Of a stretch of 64,000 nt of DNA, positions 60,730 through 64,000 are shown one piece after another. The position numbers were made by a program, and so were the translations under genes. This DNA is from Sphaerodactylus townsendi. Taxonomy: Eukaryota. Each line of letters opens with the position of its first letter. The first letter of the stretch is position 1. The stretch is from NCBI RefSeq assembly GCF_021028975.2, contig NC_059438.1, forward strand, positions 37,386,001 to 37,450,000. The letters run 5' to 3'. The notes below the pieces were generated by a model. The model made no database searches. It was not told the origin of the DNA and worked only from the letters and a program-made list of their open reading frames with translations.

Positions 60730-61227
60730 CAGAGGTGGGATCCAGCAGGTTCTCACCAGTTCCCGAGAGTGGGTTACTAATTATTTGTGTGTGCCGAGAG
60801 GGGGTTACTAATTGGGTCCGCTTTTCCGCCTCCACGCCCTCGCCTCACCGAGAGGCATACTGCCTTTGAACGTGAAGGTTCCATATAGCAATTGCGACTA
60901 ATAATGTAACTCCCTGAACTGGGTTAATCCCTTTCAGGTACTGCAATTCATTGATTCTCAGCCTTTCGTACCTTTTATCTCACCAGTCTCTATCAAAGAA
61001 CCTGTGTGTTTCACCATTGCTGTGAGTTGGGGCATTTTCTATAATATGATGATGATTTAGAAATGACCTGGTGCAAAAAAAATTGGGGGGGGGTCGTGGT
61101 GGGGTGGCTGCCCATGGGGGGGCATCCAACTCAGGTTTTGCCCAGGGCTCAGGTTTGCCTCTGCCCCCTTTGCTGAGGGGGGGCTGGCGAGGAAACCTGT
61201 TACTAAAATTTTTGGATCCCACCACTG
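60730..61227 (+). mobile_element. hAT element with the same termini and a different interior
   Basis: Perfect TSD gtcatacc. Confidence 0.85.
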
Positions 61228-62633
61228 GTCATACCATACCTGGCAATAGCCAGTAACGATCTCTAATTTAGATATTTTTTCTCTATGTTTTGACCAGATA
61301 TTTAGAATCTCAAAAACATTAGGCACAAATCAACTGTGGAATAACTCTGAACAGTTGCGGTCCCAGTCAGCCATGACAGCAAAAGATTTTGATTTAGAGA
61401 GTTCTACTATTCCTAGGTGTCACCCCTACTGGCAGAGGGACCTGGCAAACTTATAACAGTATGGTGGAATGGGATCCAAGGATGATGCCAGAGGCGTAGC
61501 TCCAAGGGAAACGGGGGGTATGCGATGCACCGGGCGCACCCCCCTGTGGGGGGCATGGTGGGGGAGGGACAGGGGCAGGACAGGGTGGGGTGGGGCGGGG
61601 CGGGGCAGAGGACGCCTCTGGATGATGCAGCATCCCAAGTATCCTTTCCTGAGTCTTTTACCCTGCCTATGTGAAATCCCCTCCCTCTCCACTGCATGTA
61701 ATTAACCTTTGCAAGATCTCCATAAGAGCCAGTTAGTTCTCTACATCTGCTGTTTCCTCGCTTACCCCTGAATCTGCCACCCACTCTTCTGCTGCTGCCA
61801 GGAAATGCCAGACACAAGGATTAAATGAACAGTAATTCTATCTCTCTAGTAATATTATCTGCCTCCATAGCCCCTTGCGGGGGGGGGGGGAGCGAGGCCA
61901 AAAAGACAAGAGGACAGTCAGCCATGGATGCTGAGCAGGTGAGTGCAGCAGAGGGGAGCCAGAAGGAACAGAAATTTCCCTCTAGCTGGCAACAATTCTC
62001 TCTGTGTTGCATCTTTTGTCTCCTGCTTGGGCTCTGCACACCTGAAAGTGTTTGGAATTCTACCTGTCTGAAACTCTTTCCTGTGCACTGACTCCCAGAG
62101 ATGCCAGGAGATGACTTCACCCCCTCCTTCCTGCTGTGTTTCCTTCCAGACTGAACAGGAAGTCTGCATTCAAGCAGCTGTAGGACTTCGGCAGATGCCA
62201 GGTAGAGTATCCAGAGCTGGAGTGTCTCGGAAGAAGGGTATCCCTAAAGTCTCCCTGTACGGGGGCTCCATCATGCACCGCACCAGACAACTGACTGTGC
62301 CCTGAGCAAAATTAGACTTTGGCTAAGCAGCAGTGAAAGGGTAGGACTGACCGGGTGCTTAAGAAGGCCGGAGCAACATGCTGAAAGGTAGAACAGGCTT
62401 TGTGGCATGTGAATGTATGGGTGATGAAGGAATTGAGAAGGTAGAAACAAAGACAGAGATGGTTTTGTTTCACGTACTACTTTTGGCATGTTTCTGTATT
62501 CAAATCCACATCAGTTTATGAGAATTAACTCCTCTTAACAATATATCTCCATGAAGAAAAATAGCACAAAGGCTCAATCTTGATAGCACATAGGCAATAC
62601 ATAGGCTCAATACATTCCAGTCTTCAGAAGACA

Positions 62634-63135
62634 AGAACATAAGAACAAAAGAACAAGCCAGCTGGATCAGACCAGAGTCCATCTAGTCCAGCTCTCTGCT
62701 ACTCGCAGTGGCCCACCAGGTGCCTTTGGGAGCTCTCATGCAGGATGTGAAAGCAATGGCCTTCTGCGGCTGCTGCTCCCGAGCACCTGGACTGTTAAGG
62801 CATTTGCAATCTCAGATCAAAGAGGATCAAGATTGGTAGCCATAAATCGACTTCTCCTCCATAAATCTGTCCAAGTCCCTTTTAAAGCTATCCAGGTGAG
62901 TGGCCATCACCACCTCCTGTGGCAGCATATTCCAAACACCAATCACACGTTGTGTGAAGAAGTGTTTCCTTTTATTAGTCCTAATTCTTCCCTCCAGCAT
63001 TTTCAATGGATGCCCCCTGGTTCTAGTATTGTGAGAAAGAGAGAAAAATTTCTCTCTGTCAACATTTTCTACCCCATGCATAATTTTATAGACTTCGATC
63101 ATATCCCCCCTCAGACGTCTCCTCTCCAAACTAAA
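62634..63135 (-). mobile_element. CR1 LINE 3' fragment with intact ORF2 C-terminus
   Basis: ORF 62827-63129 ERRRLRGDMIEVYKIMHG...RTRGHPLK; (aagaacat)n tail. Confidence 0.92.
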
Positions 63136-63519
63136 GATGTTGACTATGCATCATTCTATTAGAGAAAAGAAGACTATTCAGCGACCAGAGTTGGAGATAA
63201 ATATTGCATTGCATTAACCAGTTGGATTTCCATCAGCTGTCTATAGATATGTATCATTGAGTCCTTCTCCGTGGATGAAATAAAATTATGAAGCATAAGG
63301 GTCACATTATCGGAGTTGGATACTAACATTGGATTACACTCACCTGTTGAATTTCTGACTACAGTTCATTAGTAATTTTTTTTCTTGCATTTTTTCTTTA
63401 AGGTTAGATATAGAGAATGAGAGTATGATGAGTAAGATTGGACATTGAAATTATATAACATTTACCTGTTTTATTTCTGACTTTAATTCACAAGATCAAA
63501 AACATTTTTCTTTGTATTT

Positions 63520-63800
63520 ATGTATACCCTCGTGTATAAGTCTACCCGCATATAAGTCGAGGCACCTAATTTTACCACAAAAAACTGGGAAAACTTATTG
63601 ACTTGCATATAAGTCGAGGGTGGGAAATGCAGCAGCTACTGGTAAATTTCAAAAATAAAAATAGATACCAATAAAATTACATTAATTGAGGCATCAGTAG
63701 GTTAAATGTTTTTGAAATTTATTTCAAAGAAAAACAGTAAACTAGCTCTGTAAGTGGAAAAGAGGGTCAACAAAAACAATATGGTCTCAACAATAACTGT
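63520..63800 (+). mobile_element. Tc2/mariner-like non-autonomous DNA transposon end
   Basis: Repeated tataagtcgag subterminal motif with gcacctaattttaccacaaaaaactggg; family recalled, not searched. Confidence 0.45.
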
Positions 63801-64000
63801 TTATGTTAGCAGTACCAACATTTCAAAGTGTCTTTAGGAGACTCTCCTGATGATATCACCCAGGTTTGGCGAAGTTTGGTTCAGGGGGTCCAAAGTTATG
63901 GACCCTCAAAATGTAGCCCCATCTACTATTAGCTCCCATTGGAAACAATGGGGGATGGGGGCACCCCCTTTGGGGGTCCATAACTTTGGACCCCCTGAAC

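Overview
Vertebrate genomic DNA; the repeat content (Sauria/Squam-type and 5S-derived SINEs, CR1, Penelope tails, hAT/Harbinger MITEs) points to a squamate, probably a gecko. Five spliced genes can be reconstructed by hand: MED10 (-, 4 coding exons, 3453-7724), IK/RED (-, 20 exons, 14907-30619), NDUFA2 (+, 3 exons, 30889-35207, head-to-head with IK), TMCO6 (-, 12 exons, 36252-48703) and CD14 (+, one large coding exon, about 57030-58352). The IK-NDUFA2-TMCO6-CD14 order matches the mammalian block as I recall it, but MED10 sits where WDR55 is expected. MED10 exons 2-4 and IK exons 16-19 carry indels that most likely reflect low-quality consensus patches. I found no convincing wholly new multi-gene system. 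The best leads are: unusual splicing features in the splicing factor IK (AT-AC U12 intron, GC-AG donor, 19-nt microexon, duplicated acceptor that would add an in-frame stop); a TLR2-like CD14 with LRRCT and a GPI-type tail; minimal hammerhead ribozyme motifs in Penelope tails; MITEs that disperse the ACTACAnnTCCC promoter motif; and a fold-back element with divergent CTCF-like sites. Gene and repeat family names come from recall of orthologous sequences, not database searches. Repeat boundaries are approximate unless a TSD is quoted.
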